A stretch of DNA of 64,000 nt from Patescibacteria group bacterium (GTDB lineage: Bacteria > Patescibacteriota > UBA1384 > CAJBMM01). Position numbers and translations under genes: made by a program. The stretch is from NCBI GenBank assembly GCA_041660565.1, contig JBAZWC010000001.1, positions 430,481-494,480 on the forward strand, given 5' to 3'. Each line of letters opens with the position of its first letter. The first letter of the stretch is position 1. The notes under the pieces are model-generated. The model was not told where the DNA came from and ran no database searches. It saw nothing but the letters and a program-made list of their open reading frames with translations. Shown here piece by piece: positions 9,121-18,966 of this stretch.

Positions 9121-11889
9121 TTATTTGAGTTTGCGCGTTCGTCGTAATCTAAAGAGTGCGTAAACTAATATTGCAATAATACACGCAGAGAAAGCATAGA
9201 CAATCCATGCCCACAGCGGCAATGGATCTTTAGCAGCTTTAACAACTACGATTTCGGCGCGGTACGTTCCCGTGTTTACGGCCGGATCGGCAACCGCAAC
9301 ACTTTTTTCATAGCCAATGCCTTGGTACGCGAAAGCTAATACATGATCACCGACCGGAATGTTATTATAAACAACCACTCCATCTTCGTCCGTACTGGCG
9401 GTTTGAGGATCCGAGTGAATTGTAACCTCTAGTTTGCTAATGGGCTTGCCATCCGCATCCACTATTTTAAATTTGACTGTTTTAATCACTTTTTGACCAT
9501 TTTCCATTAGAATTTGGGTGTCAAAGAACTGTGAATCAGTGTCTGCTGTTGGACTAACTGAGGCAACCGGTGACGCGGCGGCGGAAGGAGAAGCAGATAT
9601 GGTAGACGCCGGGGTGGCTGTTGATCGAGTAGTAGCCGCGGTTGAATTTGTAGTGGTTGACGTAGTTGCCGTTGGGGTTGATGATGCCTCAGCGGTAGAA
9701 GTTGGAGTTGGTGTTGATGTCGCGGCGGTGGTAGGAGTAGAAGTAGGAGTTGATGTTGGGGTAGGGGTTGCGGCTGGTGAATCATCAACTGAAAAGCTTA
9801 TTTCGTAGTCGCTACTGTTTGTATTGCCAGCGCTGTCTAAACATCGGACATAATAGTGATATGTATTGCCGTCGGCTAAACCAGATACGGTTGCGGTATG
9901 AGAGGTACCATTAGAGGTGGTAAAACTGCCTGTCATCACTCCGTACGCCGTTCCTGCCGAGGTGGAGTATTTACACGTTGATGAACTATCAGTGGTCACA
10001 GATAATGTAGCCGAAGTGGTAGACGCATCTAATGTTCCGGAAGGAGACCCGCCAGATAAAACCGCAACGGTTTTATCTAGATAAATGCTCACCACGCCTT
10101 CGGCGATGTTGCCAGCGTTGTCAGTAGCCTTGATAGTAACCGTGTGGGTACCATCTGCAACCGCAGAGACATCTAGAGTATACGGGCTGGTAATTGAACT
10201 ACCATATGCTCCACTGTCTAATTTTAACTTATAGTTTGCAACGTCGCTGGCTGCATCACTGGTTGAAAACGACACGCTAATGGTGTCACTGTTTGTGGTC
10301 GCCGCCGGATCTGCAACCGGAGTAAAACCAGCCGGCGCAGATTTATCTACATAAACAGATACGGTATGTTCCCTAAAGTTACCTGCCGTATCAATCGCTT
10401 TAACGGTTACGGTGTGAGTGCCATCTGCCACTGCCGCAATGTTCAGCGTGTATGGGCTGGAAACGCTATCGGTGTAGGCACCGCTATCTAGCTTGATTGA
10501 ATAGCTCGCCACACCGCTGCCCGCGTCTGTGGTAGAAAATGAGATATCAGCCGAATTAGCAGATGTCCACGACGCCGGATTAGATGTAGGAGTAAACGCC
10601 ACTGGTGCAACAGAGTCAAACCCAATGTCGGCAATTGCCTGAGCAATCTGACCGTGGCCGGCAGTGTTATAATGAACACCATCTGAATTATACGCAGTTT
10701 GGATGTCCCATAAATTGCCCGCATCACCGCCACTTCTGAATTGCCCAACATACGATGAGGCATCAACAACAATTGCCTTAGAATAGTTGTTTGCTAATGT
10801 TGTGAGCGATGCATTCCAATCATCTCTAGTTTGCATTTGAGTGGTTGTTCCGTTTGTCCAAGGTAAAACTTTAATTACAACAATTCGATCAAGCGAAGAT
10901 TCTGCTTGAGCTGCATCTAACATAGACGTCCAATTAGCCAAAAACGTAGCCTTTAAAACCCCGCCAGCGATATCGTTTACACCACCTTCAATCACAACTG
11001 CCCTCGGTTTAAGAGCAACTATGTCAGCGGCGAAACGGGCGCTAATTTGAGCTGTAGTTTGAGAGCCAATTCCCATGTTTTGATAACTATAGCCGGTCAA
11101 TACGCCAAACTGACTCTCTATCGTAGACGCAATATTTGTGGTTGCGGTAGCCTCAAGAAAACTGTAATGCGCCGGATGCCCGGCGATAATTGAATCACCA
11201 ATAAAAGCTACCTGAGGCGCCTGCATATAAAACTCAATGGGGAGAACAGCACCGGCCAAAAACTCAGATGACCCCTCCCAGTTATAATCTGTAGTAGCGA
11301 CCGCTGAATTTGTATGATAGTAACTAGTTACCCCAGTAATTGACGTCTTGGCATAAAAAAACGATCCTTTTGTAGAAAGGATGACTTGATAACCGTAATA
11401 ATCCCCTTCTTGGACACCAGCAATTGGTGAGGCTAAATCTATTGTGGAATATTGCCCGGAGCTTAAACTGCTAATCAAGTTTTCACTCGCTCCAACCAAA
11501 TCATATGTAGCGCCATCTTTACGCCAAATTTTCACATAAAACTGCGCCAGTCCGGTGGTAGAAACTGTATAAATTCTAATGCGACTAACTGTCCCGCTTT
11601 CCCTAATACGATATTTTTGACCGATGGTAATATAATCACGGGTAGATGTATCGGAGCAGATTCCTGAGGCACATCCCCAGTTAGCCGCACCGGTAGTAAT
11701 AGTATCATACGGAGCCACTAATACTTTGTCAGAGTTTGCGGGATAGTCAGGATAGGCTAATGCGGTTTTAGGATTCACATACGATGGCGCCTCAGCCAGA
11801 ACCGATATAACAAGAAGTACGGTAACCAGTATCCAGAAAAAATGTCGCTTGGTGGGTAGTATTTTTTTAATCATATATCTCTCCTTCAT
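9121..11889 (-). CDS. large cell-surface protein with an SGNH/GDSL hydrolase domain, Ig-like repeats, Thr/Pro-rich linker and C-terminal TM anchor
   Basis: GDSIIAGHP and GGVNDI blocks. Long TPTSTPTSTPTT linker. The C-terminus is a hydrophobic helix followed by RRTRKLK. Confidence 0.65.
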   Translation of the reverse strand: MKERYMIKKILPTKRHFFWILVTVLLVISVLAEAPSYVNPKTALAYPDYPANSDKVLVAPYDTITTGAANWGCASGICSDTSTRDYITIGQKYRIRESGTVSRIRIYTVSTTGLAQFYVKIWRKDGATYDLVGASENLISSLSSGQYSTIDLASPIAGVQEGDYYGYQVILSTKGSFFYAKTSITGVTSYYHTNSAVATTDYNWEGSSEFLAGAVLPIEFYMQAPQVAFIGDSIIAGHPAHYSFLEATATTNIASTIESQFGVLTGYSYQNMGIGSQTTAQISARFAADIVALKPRAVVIEGGVNDIAGGVLKATFLANWTSMLDAAQAESSLDRIVVIKVLPWTNGTTTQMQTRDDWNASLTTLANNYSKAIVVDASSYVGQFRSGGDAGNLWDIQTAYNSDGVHYNTAGHGQIAQAIADIGFDSVAPVAFTPTSNPASWTSANSADISFSTTDAGSGVASYSIKLDSGAYTDSVSSPYTLNIAAVADGTHTVTVKAIDTAGNFREHTVSVYVDKSAPAGFTPVADPAATTNSDTISVSFSTSDAASDVANYKLKLDSGAYGSSITSPYTLDVSAVADGTHTVTIKATDNAGNIAEGVVSIYLDKTVAVLSGGSPSGTLDASTTSATLSVTTDSSSTCKYSTSAGTAYGVMTGSFTTSNGTSHTATVSGLADGNTYHYYVRCLDSAGNTNSSDYEISFSVDDSPAATPTPTSTPTSTPTTAATSTPTPTSTAEASSTPTATTSTTTNSTAATTRSTATPASTISASPSAAASPVASVSPTADTDSQFFDTQILMENGQKVIKTVKFKIVDADGKPISKLEVTIHSDPQTASTDEDGVVVYNNIPVGDHVLAFAYQGIGYEKSVAVADPAVNTGTYRAEIVVVKAAKDPLPLWAWIVYAFSACIIAILVYALFRLRRTRKLK

Positions 11890-11959
11890 ATCATTATATC
11901 ATTACAAAATCTATTTTCTAGACATATGAATACCGCGCCCGTCTTGGGGCGCGGCTTGG

Positions 11960-12451
11960 TTATTCCTGGGTGGTACCCCAGTCGTACGATCTGGGACCGA
12001 CGCGAGTAGTTGGTCCGGTAAAGGCTGGTTGCTTGTCACCATTGCCGCCGTTCTTGTCGTGTTGCTGACGCACCTGGCCAGATGTGCCGGGACGATCAAT
12101 CCGTTTTGCTTTGGTCTGATGTCCACGATCGGTGGATTGCGGGGCATGTCCGTTCCCCGGATATCCGCGACTTCGCGATGAAGGAGTAGAGACGGCTTTG
12201 GCACCCTTGGTTGTGGGTGCTGCGCTAGCGCGATCCGCAAAGTCCCGAAGTACCTTGCACTTTCCCGGATCGCCCAGCATCTGACCATCCAGTCCCACGA
12301 TCTTTTCCGGGCAATCAGCGTGCTTCTGATCTCCGAGCTTTATCCGCAAAGGCAGTTCCTTCGCGTTTAGCTTCGGGTTTTCTCCCATATAGACTTTCGC
12401 CTCCCACGCCTCAAAACATACAACACAGTGCCCATCGTCTATGGTATCCAC
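11960..12451 (-). CDS. hypothetical protein (GC-rich)
   Basis: 163-aa ORF in the GC-rich block. Cys-x2-Cys at the N-terminus. No recognisable fold. Confidence 0.35.
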   Translation of the reverse strand: MDTIDDGHCVVCFEAWEAKVYMGENPKLNAKELPLRIKLGDQKHADCPEKIVGLDGQMLGDPGKCKVLRDFADRASAAPTTKGAKAVSTPSSRSRGYPGNGHAPQSTDRGHQTKAKRIDRPGTSGQVRQQHDKNGGNGDKQPAFTGPTTRVGPRSYDWGTTQE

Positions 12452-12604
12452 GGCATTCTCCTTGTGAAAGGTCGGAGGTAGTTGAATACAACAAGAGATC
12501 GTGCGTTCACGACCCCCTCTGATACCACTAAATACTTTTATCAGATGAATTACAATACAATATTTGGTATGATCGAGTTAGACAAACGGGAGGGAGATAC
12601 AACC

Positions 12605-12844
12605 ATGCCAAGGGCGCGAAAGCATCGGACACGCGCGGAAGTGCACGAAGCGATCATGGCCAAGCTTCGGGAAATGCCCCCGGAAGAAGCGGAGCGGGTA
12701 TTGGAAAGACTTACCGCCGAGCCATATCCCCAGCCAGGTCCAAAACCATGGATCACTCGTGAGGACGTCGACGCGGTGATCGAACGAATAAGGCAGATGA
12801 CCCCTGAGCAACTTGCCGAGAAGCTATTTCGTGAGCCAGTTTAA
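12605..12844 (+). CDS. hypothetical small protein (GC-rich)
   Basis: Internal ATG at 12605 preceded by a gggaggga RBS (MPRARKHRTRAEVHEAIMAKL...). Terminator hairpin GACCTG..CAGGTC plus T-run at about 12869-12897. Confidence 0.4.
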   Translation: MPRARKHRTRAEVHEAIMAKLREMPPEEAERVLERLTAEPYPQPGPKPWITREDVDAVIERIRQMTPEQLAEKLFREPV

Positions 12845-12937
12845 GCGCCTTGCAATTCAGCCACTCAGACCTGTGCAGTTGCGCAGGTCTTTTTTTGTTG
12901 CAAGGTGTGATTATTTATGTTAAAGTAATTATAGTTT

Positions 12938-13011
12938 GGCCTGTTCGTCTATCGGTAGGACATCGCCCTTTCACGGCGGCAAGAGGGGTTCGACTCCCCT
13001 ACAGGCTACCA
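12938..13011 (+). tRNA. tRNA-Glu (anticodon TTC)
   Basis: GGCCTGT acceptor pairs with ACAGGCT. Anticodon loop ctttcac. T-arm AGGGGTTCGACTCCCCT. Encoded CCA. Confidence 0.8.
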
Positions 13012-13109
13012 ATAAACTCCGCTTGCGCTTCGCTTATTTGGCGAAAAGTGGGCAAAGTTTATTTACCTTGACTGTAGGAATAGGTATTCCGAAGCCATAG
13101 CGAAGGATA

Positions 13110-13126
13110 CCCCTACAGGCTACCAA
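13110..13126 (+). repeat. 17-bp duplicate of the tRNA-Glu 3' end (att-like direct repeat cccctacaggctaccaa)
   Basis: Identical to 12996-13012, 114 bp upstream. Confidence 0.6.
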
Positions 13127-13160
13127 GCATTTGTGAATATCGTGCCTTAAGAGGAGAAAT

Positions 13161-13859
13161 ATGTCATCAGCAAATACTGGCTCAACTGATAATATCCGTT
13201 TTGCCGTTTTGGCCGCCGATACGGTGCTGCTGACTTTTCAAAATGATAAATTATTTGTCAGATTAGTGTCTGTTAATCGCCCACCACATTTCCCCGAAGG
13301 GAGTAAAGGCTTGCCAGGGGGGCTACTATTTCCCGATGAAGTCGCAGAACAATCCGCTGCCAGACATATACAAACAAAAGGCGGAATTAATCCTGATAAA
13401 GTATACTTGGAGCAACTTTACACATTTAGTGAGGTTGATCGTGATCCACGTGGCCGGGTTGTCGCAGTAGCATATTTGGCCGTAGTACCATGGGATCGAC
13501 TTGATCCAATCGAAAAACAGAATAATAACGACGCATGGTGGAGTGAGGTTAGCAAAACTGGAAATCTAGCCTACGATCACAATAAAATTTTAGATATGGC
13601 TTTAACAAGACTTCGCCATCGTATTTCTTACTCAACGATTGTATGTAAGTTATTACCAAATGAATTTAGTTTGACCGAATTGCAAGATATTTTTTCGGTT
13701 GTATTATCAAAAAAACTTGATAAAAGAAATTTCCGAAAAAAAATACTCAAATTAGATATTCTGAAACCACTCTCCCACAAACAAGATAGTCGACCATACC
13801 GACCCGCGCGGCTATATACATACAAATCTTCGGACGTTGAAGAAATAGATATCATTTAA
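13161..13859 (+). CDS. nrtR: NrtR-family transcriptional regulator (Nudix-like ADP-ribose-binding domain plus C-terminal winged helix)
   Basis: Degenerate Nudix box GLLFPDEVAEQSAARHIQTKGG (RH instead of RE). C-terminal NEFSLTELQDIFSVVLSKKLDKRNFRKKI. Immediately upstream of nadM-nadV. AT-rich, like the host genome. Confidence 0.7.
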   Translation: MSSANTGSTDNIRFAVLAADTVLLTFQNDKLFVRLVSVNRPPHFPEGSKGLPGGLLFPDEVAEQSAARHIQTKGGINPDKVYLEQLYTFSEVDRDPRGRVVAVAYLAVVPWDRLDPIEKQNNNDAWWSEVSKTGNLAYDHNKILDMALTRLRHRISYSTIVCKLLPNEFSLTELQDIFSVVLSKKLDKRNFRKKILKLDILKPLSHKQDSRPYRPARLYTYKSSDVEEIDII

Positions 13860-13931
13860 ACATCGATCTCAATTTATTTTTATCTTGAAAGACCCTGAAA
13901 AGGGTTTTTTTGTTGGGGGGGTATTGACAAC

Positions 13932-13979
13932 GTGTAATTTATACACTATCTTAGAAATAGATAGTGTGATTTTTACACT
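13932..13979 (+). promoter_or_regulatory. cluster of three palindromes (candidate NrtR operators) overlapping a TTGACA-17-TATCTT promoter upstream of nadM
   Basis: GTGTAatttaTACAC (13932-13946), TATCTtagaaaTAGATA (13947-13963), AGTGTgatttttACACT (13963-13979). TTGACA at 13924-13929. Confidence 0.4.
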
Positions 13980-14006
13980 TAGCACATTAACAACAGGAGA
14001 TATACG

Positions 14007-14909
14007 ATGCCAAATGGTCCTGCAGCTGTGGGGGTAGTCGTTGCCCGATTTCAAGTGCCCGAGCTTACCCTCGGTCATCAAGCTCTGATTGAATTCGTAG
14101 AAAGCCAAGTCAAGCAAGTCTTGCTCGTACTCGGCACATCGGAAGCCTTTGCCACCAGCCGCAATCCCCTCAGCTTTGCCGCTAGACGGGAGATGGTTCT
14201 GGCATCGTACCCCAATGTCAAGGTGGTCAGTCTGGCTGATCACCCATCCGATTCCGTCTGGTCCACTAACCTGGATCAACTGATCAAAAAGATGTTCCCG
14301 GACCAGTCGGTTTCCCTCTACGGGTCGCGCGATTCCTTTCTAACCACCTACTCCGGCACCCTGCCTGTGGTTGACTTTCCCGCCTTACCTTGCCTGTCTG
14401 GAACCGAGAACCGTGTCGCCCTTCTAGACAACCCACCAACCAGCCCCGATTTCCGCAAGGGGATTGTCTACAGCCAAGTCGCCCGAGCCGGGATCCCCTA
14501 CGCCACTGTTGATATAGCAATCGTCGATGAGAACAAGGGGCTCGTTCTCTTGGGTGGCAAGCCAACTGACGGAGACCGCTATCGTTTCATCGGCGGTTTC
14601 GTTGATGTTAACGATGAATCCCTGGAACGAGCCGCAAAACGCGAGGCTTACGAAGAAACCGGCGGTCTCGAGATAGACGATCTCCGCTACTTCGGATCAG
14701 CGAAGGTCGTTGATTGGCGCTACCAAGGAACCGGCGATGGAATCTTGACTAGCTTCTTCGCCGCAACCTACATTTTCGGTTGCGCAAAGGCCCAGGACGA
14801 CATCGCACGAGTGAAATGGGTACCGATCAAGGAAGTCAAGCAGTACCTCGTCCCGGAACATCAGATTCTGGGCAGCATGCTCCTCAAACAGCACCATCTG
14901 ACACGATAA
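14007..14909 (+). CDS. nadM: bifunctional NMN adenylyltransferase / Nudix (ADP-ribose) pyrophosphatase, NadM-Nudix type
   Basis: N-terminal nucleotidyltransferase motif (ARFQ..ELTLGH). C-terminal Nudix box GGFVDVNDESLERAAKREAYEETGG. GC-rich. Confidence 0.8.
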   Translation: MPNGPAAVGVVVARFQVPELTLGHQALIEFVESQVKQVLLVLGTSEAFATSRNPLSFAARREMVLASYPNVKVVSLADHPSDSVWSTNLDQLIKKMFPDQSVSLYGSRDSFLTTYSGTLPVVDFPALPCLSGTENRVALLDNPPTSPDFRKGIVYSQVARAGIPYATVDIAIVDENKGLVLLGGKPTDGDRYRFIGGFVDVNDESLERAAKREAYEETGGLEIDDLRYFGSAKVVDWRYQGTGDGILTSFFAATYIFGCAKAQDDIARVKWVPIKEVKQYLVPEHQILGSMLLKQHHLTR

Positions 14910-14924
14910 GAAAGGGAGACGACC

Positions 14925-16313
14925 ATGTCTGACAACATCATCCTCCTCACCGACAGCTACAAGCCAACCCACGGCCCCCAGTACCCGCCACGCACCCAGA
15001 CTATCTTCTCGTTCTACGAGAGCCGGGGCGGCCTTTTCCCTGAGACCACCTTCTTTGGCCTCCAGTACCTGATCAAGCGATATCTGCTCGGTCAAGTGGT
15101 GACCGAGGAGAAGATCGAGGAAGCCTATGAAGTTCTGGGGAGCCACTTCGGCAACTCGAATTACATGAACCGGGCTGGCTGGGAATACATCCTGAAGGCA
15201 CACGGTGGACGGTTGCCAATCCTCATCCGGGCCATACCGGAGGGGACATCGATCCCAAACCACAACGTCCTCATGACGGTGCAGAACACCGACCCCAACG
15301 GCCTGCCATGGCTCACCAACTACCTGGAGACTCTGCTCTGCCAGGTCTGGTACCCCTGCACGGTCGCCACCCAGAGCCGGGCCATGCGCCAGGAGATCCT
15401 CCGCTTCCTCGAGGAAACGGGCGATCCCAGCCAAATCGACTTCAAGCTGCATGACTTCGGTTTCCGGGGTTCCACCAGCGTGGAGTCAGCTGGTATCGGC
15501 GGGGCGGCCCACTTGGTCAACTTCAAGGGGACTGACACCCTCGAAGCCATCATGGTCGCCCGTCGTTACTACGGCGAGAACATGGCCGGCTACTCGATCC
15601 CAGCCGCCGAGCACAGCACCATCACATCCTGGGGCAAAGAGCACGAGGCTGACGCTTACGCCAACATGCTCACGGCCTACCCCACCGGCACCGTAGCCGT
15701 AGTCTCGGACAGCTACGACGTATTCAACGCTTGTCGCTCCATCTGGGGTGGACAGCTCAAGGAGCGCGTTCTGGCCCGAGACGGCGTCCTCGTCATTCGC
15801 CCCGACAGCGGTAACCCCCCGGAAGTGGTCACCCAGGTCCTCGATATTCTCGGGCAGACCTTCGGCTTCACCACCAACGACAAGCAGTACAGGGTACTGC
15901 ACCCAAAGGTCCGGGTCATTCAGGGCGACGGCATCGACTACGCCATGATCACCCAGATCCTGACCGCTATGCGGCAGGCGGGATGGTCAGCTGATAATCT
16001 CGCCTTCGGCTCCGGCGGCGGTCTGCTCCAGAAGGTCAACCGAGACACCCAGCGTTTCGCCTTCAAGTGCTCAGCCGCTCAGATCGACGGAACCTGGCGC
16101 GATGTGATGAAGGACCCTGTCACTGATCCCGGCAAGCGTTCCAAGGCGGGCCATCTGGCCCTTGTACGCAACAGCGCCGGCGACTGGAAGACCATGCGCG
16201 AGTCAGACGCCGAAGCCATGGGATTCTCCAACCAACTAGTCCCTGTCTTCAAAGACGGCGCCCTATTGGTTGATTACAACTTCCAGTCCATTCGAGATCG
16301 CGCCGCGATGTAA
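14925..16313 (+). CDS. nadV: nicotinamide phosphoribosyltransferase (NAMPT/NadV)
   Basis: LLTDSYKPTH signature and full-length similarity to NadV. GC-rich. Starts 16 nt after the nadM stop. Confidence 0.85.
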   Translation: MSDNIILLTDSYKPTHGPQYPPRTQTIFSFYESRGGLFPETTFFGLQYLIKRYLLGQVVTEEKIEEAYEVLGSHFGNSNYMNRAGWEYILKAHGGRLPILIRAIPEGTSIPNHNVLMTVQNTDPNGLPWLTNYLETLLCQVWYPCTVATQSRAMRQEILRFLEETGDPSQIDFKLHDFGFRGSTSVESAGIGGAAHLVNFKGTDTLEAIMVARRYYGENMAGYSIPAAEHSTITSWGKEHEADAYANMLTAYPTGTVAVVSDSYDVFNACRSIWGGQLKERVLARDGVLVIRPDSGNPPEVVTQVLDILGQTFGFTTNDKQYRVLHPKVRVIQGDGIDYAMITQILTAMRQAGWSADNLAFGSGGGLLQKVNRDTQRFAFKCSAAQIDGTWRDVMKDPVTDPGKRSKAGHLALVRNSAGDWKTMRESDAEAMGFSNQLVPVFKDGALLVDYNFQSIRDRAAM

Positions 16314-16379
16314 GTCGCAGCACCTTCCGGCCTCCTATCGGGGGCCGGTTTTTCTGTAAATTTTTTTATTAGCTCGTTT

Positions 16380-16790
16380 ATGATGATTTTTTGGTATAGT
16401 GGGGGTATGGAAAAATATGAACTATGGTTCCGATTAGCGTATCGGGACATAATTTTAACCAAAAAAATGACCGCTGCCGTGCGTCCGGGAGATCGTCGTG
16501 CGCCAAATAACAAAGGAACTAGCATTGGCGAAAATGTGATTATTCGGGTGATGAAACTACCGGGTAATGAAGCTGAAAACATCAACCCGATATTTACAGA
16601 TGATAATATTCCTGCCAAAATAACGGCGATTGAGGTTAAGCGCTTGCAAGATGTTACGCCAGCGGATCTGATCGGATGTTCGGCAGATTGTTCGGATTGG
16701 CACGGCGTGGCAAACCAGCTAAGCTTAATCTACAACCAGGTATTTACCGGGCCCGAAGAAGTCAGCATCGTCCGGTTCGAATACACATAG
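16380..16790 (+). CDS. hypothetical protein (possible ASCH/PUA-like small domain)
   Basis: ORF only. The likely true start is at MEKYELW (16407). Confidence 0.3.
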   Translation: MMIFWYSGGMEKYELWFRLAYRDIILTKKMTAAVRPGDRRAPNNKGTSIGENVIIRVMKLPGNEAENINPIFTDDNIPAKITAIEVKRLQDVTPADLIGCSADCSDWHGVANQLSLIYNQVFTGPEEVSIVRFEYT

Positions 16791-16800
16791 GAGGACAGCC

Positions 16801-17790
16801 ATGATAATTCAGAAGTTGATCGATTCTAAGATGCTGACAGTTGCGTCAAAAGCGCAAGATAATCCGCCTAGTCTAGAAGGGTTGGATTTCTTCGCGGTTG
16901 GATACGCAGCCAAGGATTACCCCGCCCAGACGCCTCGGCTGTGGAACGCGCTTTACGCGCAATTTGGGCTGAATGTCCGCAATATCCGACTGATTGGATC
17001 ACCGGAGGTAGCGGGTGATGTATTCGATGCCTATCGGAATGACGACCGGTTTCTGGGCGGCGACGTCGGCGCTGGCATCAAGGACAAAGCATGGGTGATT
17101 GTCGATCAAATTGACCCGCTTGCCCGTGCAATGCAAGCGATCAACGTGGTAGTGCGAACAGACCACAAACTGGTCGGCTACAATACCGACGGCCATGGAT
17201 ATGTGGCCGGCTTGCAACAGGTAATGGATGCGACAGACAAAACCATCCTGATCTTAGGGGGTGGCGGCACCGCCAATGCCATCGCCTTTGCCGCAGCGGC
17301 CGCCAGGATGAAGCTGATCATCCTCAACCGCACCGTCAGCAAAGCAAATGACCTAGCCGTGCGAGTTAACCAGTTCTGCAACAAAGCGGTAGCGGTTTCA
17401 GGTGGGCGTGAGATGATATCAGCCGAAGCGCCGAAAGCCGACGTGATCGTTAGCGTAATCGACGATCCGCATTCACCGCTCGACCAATTCTCGGCACTGG
17501 GCGAGATTGAATTACCGGCAACACCAGACAGTCTGTCTCGAAACGTCGCCACCGCTACCAAAGTAATGCGAACGCTAAAGCCGGGTGTGCTGATTTCGGA
17601 TGTTGCGTTACGTGACAAGCCAACCGCAACGTTGCAGTTAGCAGCCAGCACCGGGCTAAAGACACAGGATGGCCGGCCGATGGTGCTAGAACAGGCCATT
17701 CTGGCGTTTTGGCTCGTCAACCAGCGGCTGCTCAAACCCCGCCGCATTACCCAAGCTCAAGTTGCAAAGGCGATGCGCCAAATCGCCTAA
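16801..17790 (+). CDS. shikimate/quinate 5-dehydrogenase family protein (AroE-like)
   Basis: GGDVGAGIKDK, NTDGHG, ILILGGGGTANAIAFA and ILNRTVSKANDLA blocks match AroE catalytic and Rossmann motifs. Confidence 0.65.
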   Translation: MIIQKLIDSKMLTVASKAQDNPPSLEGLDFFAVGYAAKDYPAQTPRLWNALYAQFGLNVRNIRLIGSPEVAGDVFDAYRNDDRFLGGDVGAGIKDKAWVIVDQIDPLARAMQAINVVVRTDHKLVGYNTDGHGYVAGLQQVMDATDKTILILGGGGTANAIAFAAAAARMKLIILNRTVSKANDLAVRVNQFCNKAVAVSGGREMISAEAPKADVIVSVIDDPHSPLDQFSALGEIELPATPDSLSRNVATATKVMRTLKPGVLISDVALRDKPTATLQLAASTGLKTQDGRPMVLEQAILAFWLVNQRLLKPRRITQAQVAKAMRQIA

Positions 17791-17807
17791 GGCAAATCCG
17801 TCAACCT

Positions 17808-17842
17808 AAGCCCTGCACCTTCGGGTGCAGGGCTATTTTTTT
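17808..17842 (+). terminator. intrinsic terminator
   Basis: AAGCCCTGCACC-ttcg-GGTGCAGGGCT followed by a T7 run. Confidence 0.75.
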
Positions 17843-17922
17843 ACATTAACATTGACAGAGACTGGTATAAATGATATTTTATGACCAAGATCGTCCACTA
17901 CGTATCAAGGGGGTGAGTTGCG

Positions 17923-18177
17923 ATGCAAGTACTTGGGAAGGTTGTAAGCATCCAGGAACCCGTTGCCCTGTTGTCCGGACAGGAATCTGACGGGGTTACG
18001 ATCCTATCGGGCACGGAGTGCTTTGACGTCCTGTTCCCCAAGGGAGCGGTAACTCCGCACATGGTTGGATCGCTAATCGTGTTCGAGATGGCCGAGGAGA
18101 TCATGGTCGCCCGATATGGCAGCCAGCCAAGATGCGTCGTGAGCATCGACCCGCCCGACGCGACACTCGGACACTAG
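17923..18177 (+). CDS. hypothetical small protein (GC-rich)
   Basis: 84 aa. RBS aagggggtgag. Followed by the hairpin CAGGCGCTGTG..CACAGCGCCTG. Confidence 0.4.
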   Translation: MQVLGKVVSIQEPVALLSGQESDGVTILSGTECFDVLFPKGAVTPHMVGSLIVFEMAEEIMVARYGSQPRCVVSIDPPDATLGH

Positions 18178-18283
18178 CCATACCGCCGAACCAGGCGCTG
18201 TGCAAACCGCACAGCGCCTGAAATTGTACTTGACAGCAAAAGTGTAGGGTATATAACGGATATATAAGAAAGAAAGGATATAT

Positions 18284-18694
18284 ATGGAAAAAACACATAT
18301 CGTCCCCAAAATCTATGGATACGTGGTCTGCTTGGTAGCAGTAATTGTTACTTTGGTGGCACTGGGAAATATTGTTAACGCGATATTTGATCGCGCCAAT
18401 CCAACCAGCGTAAGCGACTACAGATACAACTTGCAAAGTCATGATGTTTCTTCGTTTGCTGCGTACAAAGCGGACTATCAATCTAACCTGAACTCAGCTG
18501 AAAACAAAACCGCCACCACAGTAGTTTTGTCTGACGACCAATTGAGAACAAATTATGAGGCTGCCCGCACCAGTCAAATTGATGCGGTAAAACTGGGCAC
18601 AGTCAAAACAATTACCGTTTTTAGCATTCTGCTGGTTGTAGCGGTAGGATTGTTCGCCAGTCACTGGATCTGGTTACGTAAATTTGAGAAATAG
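18284..18694 (+). CDS. hypothetical membrane protein (one N-terminal and one C-terminal TM)
   Basis: ORF with an aaaggatatat RBS and a hydrophobic N-terminus. Confidence 0.45.
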   Translation: MEKTHIVPKIYGYVVCLVAVIVTLVALGNIVNAIFDRANPTSVSDYRYNLQSHDVSSFAAYKADYQSNLNSAENKTATTVVLSDDQLRTNYEAARTSQIDAVKLGTVKTITVFSILLVVAVGLFASHWIWLRKFEK

Positions 18695-18791
18695 TTTCTA
18701 ACTCAATTTGAGATAAAATAACGCGCTAGCCTAGCGCGTTATTTTGTTATGGTAAAAAAGTGAGAATAACTAAAATTTATGTTATAATATA

Positions 18792-18884
18792 GCCAATGCC
18801 GATATAGCTCCCTCCTTCGCCAAGGCTTCGGAAGGGCAAGCAGCTGGTTAGTACTGCAATAAGTGCTTTCGCCTGCCCCTCGTA
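18792..18884 (+). pseudogene. tRNA-like fragment / partial duplicate of the tRNA-Thr 5' end with an inserted hairpin
   Basis: gccaatgccgatatagctc (18792-18810) duplicates gccaatgccgacatagctc (18885-18903). A D-arm-like agctggttagtactgca and an anticodon-stem-like tgctttcg are present. The T-arm is absent. Confidence 0.5.
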
Positions 18885-18890
18885 GCCAAT

Positions 18891-18966
18891 GCCGACATAG
18901 CTCAGCTGGTAGAGCAGTGCTTTCGTAAAGCAAAGGTCATCGGTTCGATTCCGATTGTCGGCTCCA
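18891..18966 (+). tRNA. tRNA-Thr (anticodon CGT)
   Basis: GCCGACATAGCTCAGCTGGTAGAGCAGTGCTttcgtaaAGCAAAGGTCATCGGTTCGATTCCGATTGTCGGCTCCA. Confidence 0.8.

Noticed and set aside
11900-17800. Prophage carrying nadV/nadM
   Set aside because: No integrase, terminase, capsid, portal or tail genes occur within or beside the block. I describe it as an acquired island of unknown vehicle.
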